DNA of 37,529 nt from a virus (taxonomy: Duplodnaviria; Heunggongvirae; Uroviricota; Caudoviricetes): IMG/VR virus record IMGVR_UViG_2718218168_000003, one strand, 5' to 3'. Of this stretch, positions 26,706 through 36,167 are shown in pieces. The number at the start of each line of letters is the position of its first letter. Position 1 is the stretch's first letter. Both the position numbers and the translations under genes were made by a program. Under the pieces are notes generated by a model, which saw nothing but the letters and a program-made list of their open reading frames with translations, searched no databases and was not told where the DNA came from.

Positions 26706-27896
26706 ATGAGTGACTATCATCACGGCGTGCAGGTGCTGGAGATTAACGACGGCACCCGCGTCATTTCCACCGTATCCACTGCCATTGTCGGCATGGTCTG
26801 CACGGCCAGCGATGCAGATGCGGAAACCTTCCCCCTCAATAAACCGGTGCTGATTACCAATGTGCAGAGCGCAATTGCAAAGGCTGGTAAAAAAGGCACG
26901 CTGGCGGCATCGTTGCAGGCCATCGCCGACCAGTCAAAACCGGTCACCGTTGTCGTACGTGTGGAAGACGGCACCGGCGACGACGAGGAAACGAAACTCG
27001 CACAGACCGTTTCCAATATCATCGGCACCACTGACGAAAACGGTCAGTACACCGGACTGAAAGCCCTGCTGGCGGCGGAGTCGGTAACCGGTGTTAAACC
27101 GCGTATTCTTGGTGTGCCGGGGCTGGATACCAAAGAGGTGGCTGTTGCACTGGCATCAGTCTGTCAGAAGCTGCGCGCTTTCGGATATATCAGCGCATGG
27201 GGCTGTAAAACCATTTCCGAGGTGAAAGCCTACCGCCAGAATTTCAGCCAGCGTGAGCTGATGGTCATCTGGCCGGATTTCCTCGCATGGGATACAGTCA
27301 CCAGTACCACCGCCACCGCGTATGCCACCGCCCGTGCGCTGGGTCTGCGTGCTAAAATCGACCAGGAGCAGGGCTGGCATAAAACGCTGTCCAACGTCGG
27401 GGTAAACGGTGTTACCGGCATCAGCGCATCTGTATTCTGGGATTTGCAGGAGTCCGGCACCGATGCTGACCTGCTTAACGAGTCAGGCGTCACTACGCTG
27501 ATTCGCCGCGACGGTTTCCGATTCTGGGGTAACCGTACCTGCTCTGATGACCCGCTGTTCCTCTTTGAAAACTACACCCGCACCGCGCAGGTGCTGGCCG
27601 ACACGATGGCTGAGGCGCACATGTGGGCGGTGGACAAGCCCATCACCGCAACGCTGATTCGCGACATCGTTGATGGCATCAATGCCAAATTCCGAGAGCT
27701 GAAAACAAACGGCTATATCGTGGATGCGACCTGCTGGTTCAGTGAAGAATCCAACGATGCGGAAACCCTCAAGGCCGGAAAACTGTATATCGACTACGAC
27801 TATACCCCAGTGCCTCCTCTTGAAAACCTGACCCTGCGCCAGCGTATTACCGATAAATACCTGGCAAATCTGGTCACCTCGGTTAACAGCAATTAA
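26706..27896 (+). CDS. FI: Tail sheath protein gpFI (396 aa)
   Basis: Full ORF; recalled as P2 FI. Confidence 0.95.
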   Translation: MSDYHHGVQVLEINDGTRVISTVSTAIVGMVCTASDADAETFPLNKPVLITNVQSAIAKAGKKGTLAASLQAIADQSKPVTVVVRVEDGTGDDEETKLAQTVSNIIGTTDENGQYTGLKALLAAESVTGVKPRILGVPGLDTKEVAVALASVCQKLRAFGYISAWGCKTISEVKAYRQNFSQRELMVIWPDFLAWDTVTSTTATAYATARALGLRAKIDQEQGWHKTLSNVGVNGVTGISASVFWDLQESGTDADLLNESGVTTLIRRDGFRFWGNRTCSDDPLFLFENYTRTAQVLADTMAEAHMWAVDKPITATLIRDIVDGINAKFRELKTNGYIVDATCWFSEESNDAETLKAGKLYIDYDYTPVPPLENLTLRQRITDKYLANLVTSVNSN

Positions 27897-27908
27897 GGAG
27901 CCTGACCG

Positions 27909-28427
27909 ATGGCAATGCCGCGCAAACTCAAGTTAATGAACGTCTTTCTGAACGGCTACAGCTATCAGGGCGTTGCAAAGTCCGTCACGCTGCCAAAACT
28001 GACCCGTAAGCTCGAAAACTATCGCGGTGCGGGGATGAACGGCAGCGCACCGGTAGACCTCGGCCTTGATGACGATGCGCTGTCAATGGAGTGGTCGCTC
28101 GGGGGCTTCCCGGATTCGGTTATCTGGGAGCTTTACGCCGCAACCGGTGTGGATGCCGTGCCGATTCGTTTTGCAGGCTCTTACCAGCGCGACGATACCG
28201 GCGAAACGGTGGCCGTCGAAGTGGTCATGCGTGGACGTCAGAAAGAAATCGACACCGGCGAGGGCAAACAGGGAGAAGACACCGAGTCGAAAATCTCCGT
28301 GGTCTGCACCTATTTCCGGCTGACGATGGACGGTAAGGAGCTGGTCGAAATCGATACCATCAACATGATTGAGAAGGTGAACGGCGTCGACCGGCTGGAG
28401 CAACACCGCCGCAATATCGGCCTGTGA
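27909..28427 (+). CDS. FII: Tail tube protein gpFII (172 aa)
   Basis: Full ORF; recalled as P2 FII. Confidence 0.95.
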   Translation: MAMPRKLKLMNVFLNGYSYQGVAKSVTLPKLTRKLENYRGAGMNGSAPVDLGLDDDALSMEWSLGGFPDSVIWELYAATGVDAVPIRFAGSYQRDDTGETVAVEVVMRGRQKEIDTGEGKQGEDTESKISVVCTYFRLTMDGKELVEIDTINMIEKVNGVDRLEQHRRNIGL

Positions 28428-28483
28428 TTTTCATCCGGTCAGCCAGGCTGACCGGTTAACCCCGATTCAGAAGTGAGAAAACC

Positions 28484-28729
28484 ATGAACAAAGAAAATGT
28501 CATTACCCTGGAAAATCCGGTCAAGCGTGGTGAGCAGGTCATCGAACAGGTCACGCTGATGAAACCCAGTGCCGGGACACTGCGCGGTGTCAGTCTGGCT
28601 GCGGTTGCAAACTCCGAAGTCGATGCACTGATTAAGGTACTGCCGCGCATGACGGCACCGATGCTGACCGAGCAGGAGGTCGCCGCGCTGGAACTGCTGC
28701 GTATTACCGTGAAGGAGATCGGTGAGTAA
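28484..28729 (+). pseudogene. E: Tail assembly chaperone gene E interrupted by an IS: P2-like E sequence up to 28697, then 10 codons of IS-derived sequence before a stop
   Basis: Translation matches recalled P2 gpE up to ...AALEL and then diverges exactly at the IS left inverted repeat; the rest of E resumes at 31279. Confidence 0.8.
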
Positions 28730-28782
28730 CATCGATGGAGATCGGTTCGTGTCACTTTCACAGAACCGTTTTTAAATTACCT

Positions 28783-29532
28783 TCACTGATCTCCTTCGGT
28801 CAACGGAGATTGTATTTTCCGCATTGATTCTCCTTTAAGTTCGATCTTGATACTGCCATGAACCAGTCGATCTAGGATGGCATCCGCATGTGTGGAGTCT
28901 CCGATCATTTTGTACCAGTTTTCCACCGGCAACTGGCTCACTACGATGATTGAGCCTCGTTGGTACATCAGATCCACTATTTCCAGCAGGTCGCTACGCT
29001 GTTCTGATGAGAGAGGTTCCAGCCCCCAGTCATCCAGAAGCAGCAGATCGCTATTATTCAGCCTGGTCAAAAGTTTGCTGTATCTTCCATCAGCATGCCC
29101 CTGATAGCACTGTTCCATCAGCGCTTTAAGGCGATAATAGTAGACCTTGTATCCCTGTCGGCAGGCATTATGACCAAGTGCACATGCCAGGAACGTTTTA
29201 CCGCTGCCGGTGGCCCCGGTCAGTAAAATATTTTGTTTCAGGGTTAACCAGTTTCCCTGACTGAGTGAACGGATGAGGGCCCTGTCCAGCCCTCTATTGT
29301 TACGATAATCCAGCTTTGATAACTCAGCATTAAGTCTGAACCGTGCATGTTTGATCAGACGCTCTGCCTTCCTGTTTTCACGGCAGGTTAGTTCTTCTGC
29401 TGTCAGTAATGACAGGCGTTCTTCGAAGCCCAGCTCCTGGTATGTGCCCGGCTGAGCAAGTTGCTTTTTAAGCGCATCACGGAAGCCGGTGAGTTTAAGT
29501 GCGGTCAGTTGTTCGTAAAGATGATTCATCAT
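28783..29532 (-). CDS. istB: IS21-family transposition helper ATPase IstB (249 aa)
   Basis: Walker A GATGSGKT and Walker B LLLLDD; typical IstB length. Confidence 0.9.
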   Translation of the reverse strand: MMNHLYEQLTALKLTGFRDALKKQLAQPGTYQELGFEERLSLLTAEELTCRENRKAERLIKHARFRLNAELSKLDYRNNRGLDRALIRSLSQGNWLTLKQNILLTGATGSGKTFLACALGHNACRQGYKVYYYRLKALMEQCYQGHADGRYSKLLTRLNNSDLLLLDDWGLEPLSSEQRSDLLEIVDLMYQRGSIIVVSQLPVENWYKMIGDSTHADAILDRLVHGSIKIELKGESMRKIQSPLTEGDQ

Positions 29533-29543
29533 TGGATCCCGTA

Positions 29544-31085
29544 TCAGTGGTAATACTCACTGCCGCGTACGTTTTCGTGTTCCATCGTGGATAACAGATC
29601 TGGTTTTGGATCCTGAACAGGTTGTTTATCCAGACCTTTTTCCAGGATCGATTTAATACCTGACAGACGCCATACCTTTGTTTTCAGAGCTCTTGCACAT
29701 GCTGCATTAAGTCTGGCTTTACTGTATTTTTTATGAAGGTTCAGGAGTCCAAGGCAGAAGCGATAGCTTTGTTCCGGATGTGGACGAGAGTTCAGTATAT
29801 GAAGCACATAACTATGAGTTTCACTGCCTATGTGCCCCGCCCATTCCAGAAGACGCTCTGGCGTCCAGGTGGCATGCTGTCGATGAGCTTCAGGCATGTG
29901 CTCGTTGCGGGTACTGTAGCCATAAGTACGCTTGCGCGGGTGCACAGCAACCTCCTGCCCCTGATTGAAGAGTCTTACCAGTTCTCCGGAGATCCATGCT
30001 TCCAGTTGCTGGCCTAACAGCGAACATGGAACCGAGTAGTAATGTTTGTCGATTTCCACGTGGTAATCGGCATGAACTCTGACTTTCTTCACCAGGGTGT
30101 AACTGTAACTGGCTTCAGGAAGAGGCTTCAGTGCGGGTTTATCAAGCTGGATGAAGAGTTCTGCACGTGAATAACCCAACTTCTGCATTATTTTGTTATT
30201 CAGTCTTTCCAGCAACTCCCGAATGCGCTGATTAAGCGATGCAAGGCTGTAGAAGATCTCATGCCTGATTCGGGCCATGATCCAGCGTTCAACAACCTGA
30301 ACGCCAACTTCAGCTTTGGCTTTATCTTTCGGTTTACGTGGCCGCGCAGGCAAAACTGCGACATTATAATGCTCAAGCATCTGCTGGTAGGTAGGGTTAA
30401 CGTCAGGATCATACTTACATGCCCTGGATGTGGCGCTTTTCAGATTGTCCGGAACAACAAGTTCAGGAACGCCACCCAACCACTGGAAGCAGCGAACATG
30501 ACTCATCACCCAGTCTTCAAGCTGCTGAGACCAGGTGGCCTCTGCCCATGTGTAACTTGATGCCCCGAGAACAGCTACGATGACCTGAGCAGTTCTTATT
30601 TCTCCGGTCTCAGGGTCGGTAACGCCAACGGTAGGTCCACAGTAATCAACGAAAAGTTTTTCGCCAGCTTTATGTACCTGACGCATTGATGGTGAAGTGG
30701 TTTTGAGCCATTCACGGTACATCCGGCAGTAATGGTTATAGCTGTAAAAACCGCCTGGATTACGCTCACAGTATTCTTCCCAGAGTAGCTGCAGCGTCAC
30801 GCATTTATTACGCAGTTCCCGGTGTACTGTAGCCCAGTCAGGCAGAGAGTGCTTCTTCATCTTAACCTGGGTCTGAAGGAACGCATGTTTTAGTTTTGTA
30901 TCATCCCATCCTGTAGGTAAGGGCCACTGCTTTATGCCAAGTTGAGCCGCCCGATTAGCATATCTGGATACAACGGAAGGGGAGATTGCAAGACTACGAC
31001 CAATTTGTCGATGGCTGAGTCCAACACCGTATTTAAGCCTAAGAATTTCTTTAAGTTTTCTCATAGAAATTGGAACTGTTGGCAT
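29544..31085 (-). CDS. istA: IS21-family transposase IstA (513 aa)
   Basis: N-terminal HTH followed by a DDE integrase-like core; immediately upstream of istB on the same strand. Confidence 0.88.
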   Translation of the reverse strand: MPTVPISMRKLKEILRLKYGVGLSHRQIGRSLAISPSVVSRYANRAAQLGIKQWPLPTGWDDTKLKHAFLQTQVKMKKHSLPDWATVHRELRNKCVTLQLLWEEYCERNPGGFYSYNHYCRMYREWLKTTSPSMRQVHKAGEKLFVDYCGPTVGVTDPETGEIRTAQVIVAVLGASSYTWAEATWSQQLEDWVMSHVRCFQWLGGVPELVVPDNLKSATSRACKYDPDVNPTYQQMLEHYNVAVLPARPRKPKDKAKAEVGVQVVERWIMARIRHEIFYSLASLNQRIRELLERLNNKIMQKLGYSRAELFIQLDKPALKPLPEASYSYTLVKKVRVHADYHVEIDKHYYSVPCSLLGQQLEAWISGELVRLFNQGQEVAVHPRKRTYGYSTRNEHMPEAHRQHATWTPERLLEWAGHIGSETHSYVLHILNSRPHPEQSYRFCLGLLNLHKKYSKARLNAACARALKTKVWRLSGIKSILEKGLDKQPVQDPKPDLLSTMEHENVRGSEYYH

Positions 31086-31278
31086 AGGTATCCTTTACCG
31101 GAATGGCAAAAGATACAGATCAACACACCTGTGAAGTTCCAATAACATTGATGGAGATCACTGAATAACAAAATGAGTCAAAAGTGATCTCCATCGATGT
31201 TATTCAGCGATCTGTTCAAATGTTATTACCCGATCTCGATGGAAGTTATTGAGTGATCTCCTTTCATGAAAATACGCA

Positions 31279-31495
31279 ACTGCCTGACCTTGTGGCGCTG
31301 GCCGGTAAGGTGGTCGGTTTTTTGTCGCCGAACTCGGTGCAGTGACGTTTCCGAAAAATCTGTCGGTCGATGACCTGATGGCAGATGTGGCAGTGATATT
31401 TCACTGGCCGCCATCAGAACTGTATCCCATGAGCCTGACCGAACTCATCACATGGCGCGAAAAGGCGCTCCGGCGAAGCGGAAACACGAATGAGT
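31279..31495 (+). pseudogene. E: Displaced 3-prime part of E (ends 31345) and the E-prime frameshift extension; the T6G slippery site GGTTTTTTG is at 31316..31324
   Basis: Translation from 31280 gives LPDLVALAGKVVGFLSPNSVQ, matching the recalled P2 gpE C-terminus; the -1 frame runs on to overlap the T start. Confidence 0.7.
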
Positions 31496-33937
31496 AACAA
31501 TGTAAAATTACAGGTATTGCTCAGGGCTGTTGACCAGGCATCCCGCCCGTTTAAATCCATCCGCACAGCGAGTAAGTCGCTGTCGGGGGATATCCGGGAA
31601 ACACAAAAATCACTGCGCGAGCTGAACGGTCAGGCATCCCGTATTGAGGGATTTCGCAAGACCAGTGCGCAGCTCGCCGTGACTGGTCATGCACTTGAAA
31701 AGGCACGGCAGGAAGCCGAAGCCCTTGCCACACAGTTTAAAAACACCGAACGTCCGACCCGTGCTCAGGCGAAAGTGCTGGAATCCGCAAAGCGAGCGGC
31801 GGAGGACTTACAGGCGAAATATAACCGCCTGACGGATTCCGTTAAACGCCAGCAGCGGGAACTGGCCGCTGTGGGAATTAATACCCGCAATCTTGCACAT
31901 GATGAGCAGGGACTGAAAAACCGTATCAGTGAAACCACCGCACAGCTTAACCGTCAGCGCGACGCGCTGGCGCGTGTCAGTGCGCAACAGGCAAAACTTA
32001 ACGCAGTCAAACAGCGTTATCAGGCCGGAAAGGAACTGGCCGGAAATATGGCCTCAGTGGGCGCTGCCGGTGTGGGGATTGCGGCGGCGGGAACGATGGC
32101 CGGAGTTAAGTTGCTGATGCCCGGTTATGAGTTTGCGCAGAAAAACTCAGAATTGCAGGCCGTGCTCGGAGTGGCAAAAGACTCCGCCGAAATGACCGCA
32201 CTACGCAAACAGGCGCGCCAGCTCGGCGACAATACCGCCGCCTCGGCGGATGATGCGGCCGGTGCACAGATAATCATCGCGAAAGCGGGTGGGGATGTTG
32301 ATGCCATTCAGGCGGCAACGCCGGTCACGCTGAATATGGCGCTGGCGAACCGCCGCACGATGGAAGAAAACGCCGCCCTGCTGATGGGGATGAAATCCGC
32401 CTTTCAGCTTTCAAACGATAAGGTCGCTCATATCGGGGATGTTCTCTCCATGACGATGAACAAAACCGCCGCCGATTTTGACGGCATGAGCGATGCGCTG
32501 ACCTATGCCGCACCTGTGGCAAAAAATGCCGGTGTCAGCATTGAAGAAACCGCCGCAATGGTCGGGGCGCTGCATGATGCAAAAATCACAGGCTCAATGG
32601 CGGGGACGGGAAGCCGTGCCGTGTTAAGCCGCCTGCAGGCACCGACGGGAAAAGCATGGGATGCACTCAAAGAGCTTGGAGTGAAAACCTCAGACAGCAA
32701 GGGAAACACCCGGCCAATATTTACCATTCTGAAAGAAATGCAGGCCAGTTTTGAGAAAAACCGGCTCGGTACTGCCCAGCAGGCTGAATACATGAAAACT
32801 ATTTTCGGGGAGGAGGCCAGCTCAGCCGCCGCCGTGCTGATGATTGCCGCCTCAACCGGAAAGCTGGACAAACTGACCGCTGCGTTTAAAGCCTCAGACG
32901 GGAAGACCGCCGAGCTGGTAAATATCATGCAGGACAACCTAGGCGGTGACTTTAAAGAGTTTCAGTCCGCTTATGAGGCAGTGGGGACTGACCTGTTTGA
33001 CCAGCAGGAAAGCGCACTGCGTAAGCTCACGCAGACGGCCACAAAGTATGTGTTAAAACTCGACGGCTGGATCCAGAAAAACAAATCACTGGCGTCAACC
33101 ATCGGCATCATTGCCGGTGGCGCGCTGGCGCTTACTGGCATCATCGGTGCCATTGGCCTCGTAGCCTGGCCGGTTATCACCGGCATCAATGCCATCATCG
33201 CGGCAGCAGGCGCAATGGGGGCAGTCTTCACGACGGTTGGCAGTGCTGTTATGACCGCCATCGGGGCTATTAGCTGGCCGATTGTGGCCGTGGTGGCCGC
33301 AATTGTCGCCGGGGCGTTGCTTATCCGTAAATACTGGGAGCCTGTCAGCGCATTCTTTGGCGGTGTGGTTGAAGGGCTGAAAGTGGCATTTGCGCCGGTG
33401 GGGGAACTGTTCACGCCACTTAAGCCGGTGTTTGACTGGCTGGGTGAAAAGTTACAGGCCGCGTGGCAGTGGTTTAAAAACCTGATTGCCCCGGTCAAAG
33501 CCACTCAGGATACCCTGAACCGTTGCCGTGACACGGGGGTCATGTTCGGGCAGGCACTGGCTGACGCGCTGATGCTGCCGCTTAATGCGTTCAACAAACT
33601 GCGCAGTGGTATTGACTGGGTACTGGAAAAACTCGGTGTTATCAACAAAGAGTCAGACACACTTGACCAGACCGCCGCCAGAACTCAAGCTGCCACGTAT
33701 GGCAGCGGTGGTTATATTCCGGCGACCAGCTCTTATGCAGGTTATCAGGCTTATCAGCCGGTCACGGCACCGGCTGGCCGCTCTTATGTGGACCAGAGTA
33801 AAAACGAATATCACATCAGCCTGACGGGTGGTACTGCGCCGGGGACACAGCTCGACCGCCAGTTACAGGATGCGCTCGAAAAATACGAGCGGGATAAACG
33901 TGCGCGCGCCCGTGCCAGCATGATGCATGACGGTTAA
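31490..33937 (+). CDS. T: Tail tape measure protein gpT (815 aa)
   Basis: Full ORF; recalled as P2 gpT; internal hydrophobic Gly/Ala-rich segment typical of tape measure proteins. Confidence 0.95.
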   Translation: MSNNVKLQVLLRAVDQASRPFKSIRTASKSLSGDIRETQKSLRELNGQASRIEGFRKTSAQLAVTGHALEKARQEAEALATQFKNTERPTRAQAKVLESAKRAAEDLQAKYNRLTDSVKRQQRELAAVGINTRNLAHDEQGLKNRISETTAQLNRQRDALARVSAQQAKLNAVKQRYQAGKELAGNMASVGAAGVGIAAAGTMAGVKLLMPGYEFAQKNSELQAVLGVAKDSAEMTALRKQARQLGDNTAASADDAAGAQIIIAKAGGDVDAIQAATPVTLNMALANRRTMEENAALLMGMKSAFQLSNDKVAHIGDVLSMTMNKTAADFDGMSDALTYAAPVAKNAGVSIEETAAMVGALHDAKITGSMAGTGSRAVLSRLQAPTGKAWDALKELGVKTSDSKGNTRPIFTILKEMQASFEKNRLGTAQQAEYMKTIFGEEASSAAAVLMIAASTGKLDKLTAAFKASDGKTAELVNIMQDNLGGDFKEFQSAYEAVGTDLFDQQESALRKLTQTATKYVLKLDGWIQKNKSLASTIGIIAGGALALTGIIGAIGLVAWPVITGINAIIAAAGAMGAVFTTVGSAVMTAIGAISWPIVAVVAAIVAGALLIRKYWEPVSAFFGGVVEGLKVAFAPVGELFTPLKPVFDWLGEKLQAAWQWFKNLIAPVKATQDTLNRCRDTGVMFGQALADALMLPLNAFNKLRSGIDWVLEKLGVINKESDTLDQTAARTQAATYGSGGYIPATSSYAGYQAYQPVTAPAGRSYVDQSKNEYHISLTGGTAPGTQLDRQLQDALEKYERDKRARARASMMHDG

Positions 33938-33951
33938 GGAGGTGACGAAAA

Positions 33952-34431
33952 ATGATGCTCGCGTTAGGTATGTTTGTTTTTATGCGCCAGACGCTGCCAC
34001 ACCAGACCATGCAGCGTGAATCAGATTATCGCTGGCCGTCAAATTCCCGTATCGGCAAACGGGATGCCTTTCAGTTTCTCGGTGTGGGTGAGGAAAACAT
34101 CACGCTGGCCGGTGTGCTTTATCCCGAACTGACCGGCGGCAAGCTGACGATGACCACGCTCAGGCTGATGGCAGAGGAAGGTCGGGCGTGGCCGTTGCTG
34201 GATGGCACCGGCATGATTTACGGCATGTATGTCATCAGTAAGGTGAGTGAAACAGGGAGTATTTTCTTTGCAGACGGCACACCCCGAAAAATTGATTTTA
34301 CGCTGTCGCTCACCCGCGTTGATGAATCACTGGCCGCGCTTTATGGCGATATCGGTAAACAGGCGGAATCGCTCATCGGTAAGGCTGGCAGTATGGCGAC
34401 TAAATTCACGGGTATGACGGGGGCGGGATAA
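33952..34431 (+). CDS. U: Tail protein gpU (159 aa)
   Basis: Full ORF; recalled as P2 gpU. Confidence 0.9.
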   Translation: MMLALGMFVFMRQTLPHQTMQRESDYRWPSNSRIGKRDAFQFLGVGEENITLAGVLYPELTGGKLTMTTLRLMAEEGRAWPLLDGTGMIYGMYVISKVSETGSIFFADGTPRKIDFTLSLTRVDESLAALYGDIGKQAESLIGKAGSMATKFTGMTGAG

Positions 34432-35594
34432 TGCTGGATGCGCTGACATTTGATGCAGGCAGTACGCTGACGCCGGATTACATGCTGATGCTCGACAGCA
34501 GGGATATTACCAGCAATATCAGTGACCGTCTGATGAGCATGACCCTGACGGATAACCGGGGCTTTGAGGCTGACCAGCTTGATATTGAACTGAACGATGC
34601 CGACGGGCAGGTCGGGCTGCCGGTTCGTGGCGCTGTCCTGACGGTGTATATCGGCTGGAAAGGTTTTGCCCTGGTATGCAAAGGGAAATTCACCGTTGAT
34701 GAGGTTGAACACCGGGGCGCGCCGGATGTGGTCACCATCCGCGCCCGGAGTGCAGATTTCCGCGGGACGCTCAATTCCCGCCGGGAAGGCTCATGGCATG
34801 ACACCACGCTCGGTGCGATTGTTGAGGCGATAGCCTCCCGTAACAGGCTGGAAGCCAGTGTCGCTCCGTCACTGGCCGGAATTAAAATCCCGCACATCGA
34901 CCAGTCGCAGGAGTCTGATGCGAAATTCCTGACCCGTCTTGCAGAACGCAACGGCGGTGAGGTCTCGGTAAAAATGGGAAAACTGTTGTTTCTCAAAGCG
35001 GGGCAGGGGGTGACGGCCAGCGGTAAAAAAATCCCGCAGGTCACCATAACCCGCAGCGACGGCGACCGCCATCATTTTGCGATTGCTGACCGTGGAGCCT
35101 ATACCGGTGTAACGGCAAAGTGGTTACACACCAAAGACCCGAAGCCGCAAAAGCAGAAGGTAAAACTGAAACGCAAAAAGAAAGAGAAACACCTGCGCGC
35201 ACTGGAGCACCCGAAAGCGAAACCGGTCACGCAGAAGAAAGCGCCAAAAGTACCGGAAGCACGCGAAGGTGAATACATGGCCGGTGAGGCTGACAACGTT
35301 TTTGCCCTGACCACGGTATATGCCACGAAAGCGCAGGCCATGCGCGCCGCTCAGGCGAAGTGGGATAAACTGCAACGGGGTGTAGCGGAGTTCTCCATCA
35401 GCCTGGCTACCGGTCGGGCAGATATTTACACGGAAACACCGGTCAAAGTGTCAGGCTTTAAGCGTGTCATAGACGAGCAGGACTGGACAATCACTAAGGT
35501 GACACATTTTCTGAATAATAGCGGCTTCACGACGTCCTTAGAGCTTGAGGTAAGGCTTTCTGATGTGGAGTACGAAACCGAAGATGATGAGTGA
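34431..35594 (+). CDS. D: Tail protein gpD (387 aa)
   Basis: Full ORF; recalled as P2 gpD. Confidence 0.93.
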   Translation: MLDALTFDAGSTLTPDYMLMLDSRDITSNISDRLMSMTLTDNRGFEADQLDIELNDADGQVGLPVRGAVLTVYIGWKGFALVCKGKFTVDEVEHRGAPDVVTIRARSADFRGTLNSRREGSWHDTTLGAIVEAIASRNRLEASVAPSLAGIKIPHIDQSQESDAKFLTRLAERNGGEVSVKMGKLLFLKAGQGVTASGKKIPQVTITRSDGDRHHFAIADRGAYTGVTAKWLHTKDPKPQKQKVKLKRKKKEKHLRALEHPKAKPVTQKKAPKVPEAREGEYMAGEADNVFALTTVYATKAQAMRAAQAKWDKLQRGVAEFSISLATGRADIYTETPVKVSGFKRVIDEQDWTITKVTHFLNNSGFTTSLELEVRLSDVEYETEDDE

Positions 35595-35676
35595 TGTGTT
35601 TTATTTTATCTGTTTGTTTTATAAGGATAAATTAACTAAAATGGCAACATCAACATAACCGGAAGAGGTGCTCGCG

Positions 35677-35895
35677 ATGTTTCATTGTCCTTTATGCCAG
35701 CATGCCGCACATGCGCGTACAAGTCGCTATATCACTGACACGACAAAAGAGCGTTATCACCAGTGTCAGAACGTGAATTGCAGCGCCACGTTCATCACTT
35801 ATGAGTCTGTACAGCGATACATTGTGAAGCCGGGAGAAGTCCACGCCGTGAGGCCGCACCCGTTGCCGTCAGGGCAGCAAATTATGTGGATGTAA
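35677..35895 (+). CDS. ogr: Late gene transcriptional activator Ogr (zinc finger, 72 aa)
   Basis: Start MFHCPLCQHAAHA at 35677; CxxC...C...C zinc-binding pattern; recalled as P2 Ogr. Confidence 0.9.
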   Translation: MFHCPLCQHAAHARTSRYITDTTKERYHQCQNVNCSATFITYESVQRYIVKPGEVHAVRPHPLPSGQQIMWM

Positions 35896-35906
35896 TTACA
35901 AACAGA

Positions 35907-35932
35907 AAGCCCCTCAGTCGAGGGGCTTTTTT
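35907..35932 (+). terminator. Rho-independent terminator after ogr (stem AGCCCCTC / GAGGGGCT, loop AGTC, then T6)
   Basis: Hairpin plus T-run seen in sequence. Confidence 0.65.
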
Positions 35933-35996
35933 GTCGATGTGGTCAATGTGTGGACGTGACCAGAAATAAATCCTTTTATTTCAATTTGTTGTACGT

Positions 35997-36023
35997 AAAA
36001 AATAAGCCCGTGTAAGGGAGATT
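35997..36023. repeat. attR core, 27 bp AAAAAATAAGCCCGTGTAAGGGAGATT
   Basis: Exact direct repeat of 1791..1817. Confidence 0.85.
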
Positions 36024-36083
36024 ACACAGGCTAAGGAGGTGGTTCCTGGTACAGCTAGCATTTTATGGGTTATGTTTTTCAGC
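35997..36083 (-). ncRNA. cyaR: CyaR (RyeE) Hfq-dependent sRNA, about 87 nt; its 3-prime 27 nt coincide with the prophage att core
   Basis: Minus-strand sequence GCTGAAAAACATAACCC...CACCTCCTTAGCC...CTTACACGGGCTTATTTTTT matches the recalled CyaR sequence, including the CCUCCUUA seed and the terminator U-tract. Confidence 0.75.
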
Positions 36084-36127
36084 GAAACGGATGATAACCT
36101 TAATAAATGCAGCTGTATGTGATCGGT

Positions 36128-36143
36128 TTCTAAGAATTTTCCA
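36128..36143. promoter_or_regulatory. Putative CRP-binding site (TGTGA-N6-TCTAA) centred about 40-45 bp upstream of the cyaR start (class II position)
   Basis: Half-site match to the CRP consensus; cyaR is known to be CRP-activated; coordinates approximate. Confidence 0.4.
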
Positions 36144-36167
36144 TCCGGGAAAAATAATCGAAATTAA

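Larger units (their letters stand above)
28698..31278 (-). mobile_element. IS21-family insertion sequence (2581 bp) with imperfect terminal inverted repeats (TGCGTATT... / ...AATACGCA), multiple internal GGAGATC repeats near both ends, and a 5-bp target-site duplication ACTGC
   Basis: Inverted repeats and flanking ACTGC duplication read from the sequence (28693..28697 and 31279..31283); carries istA and istB. Confidence 0.85.
1791..36023. mobile_element. Integrated P2-like (Peduovirus-type) prophage, about 34.2 kb including a nested IS21-family insertion
   Basis: Bounded by identical 27-bp direct repeats; complete P2 gene order and P2-identical proteins (Int, C, Cox, B, A, Q, P, O, N, M, L ... 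D, Ogr). Confidence 0.92.

Noticed and set aside
32125-33504. Minus-strand ORFs inside the tape measure gene T (for example 32503..32937, 32971..33504)
   Set aside because: Ala/Ser-rich translations mirror the Gly/Ala-rich tape measure sequence on the opposite strand; no independent support.
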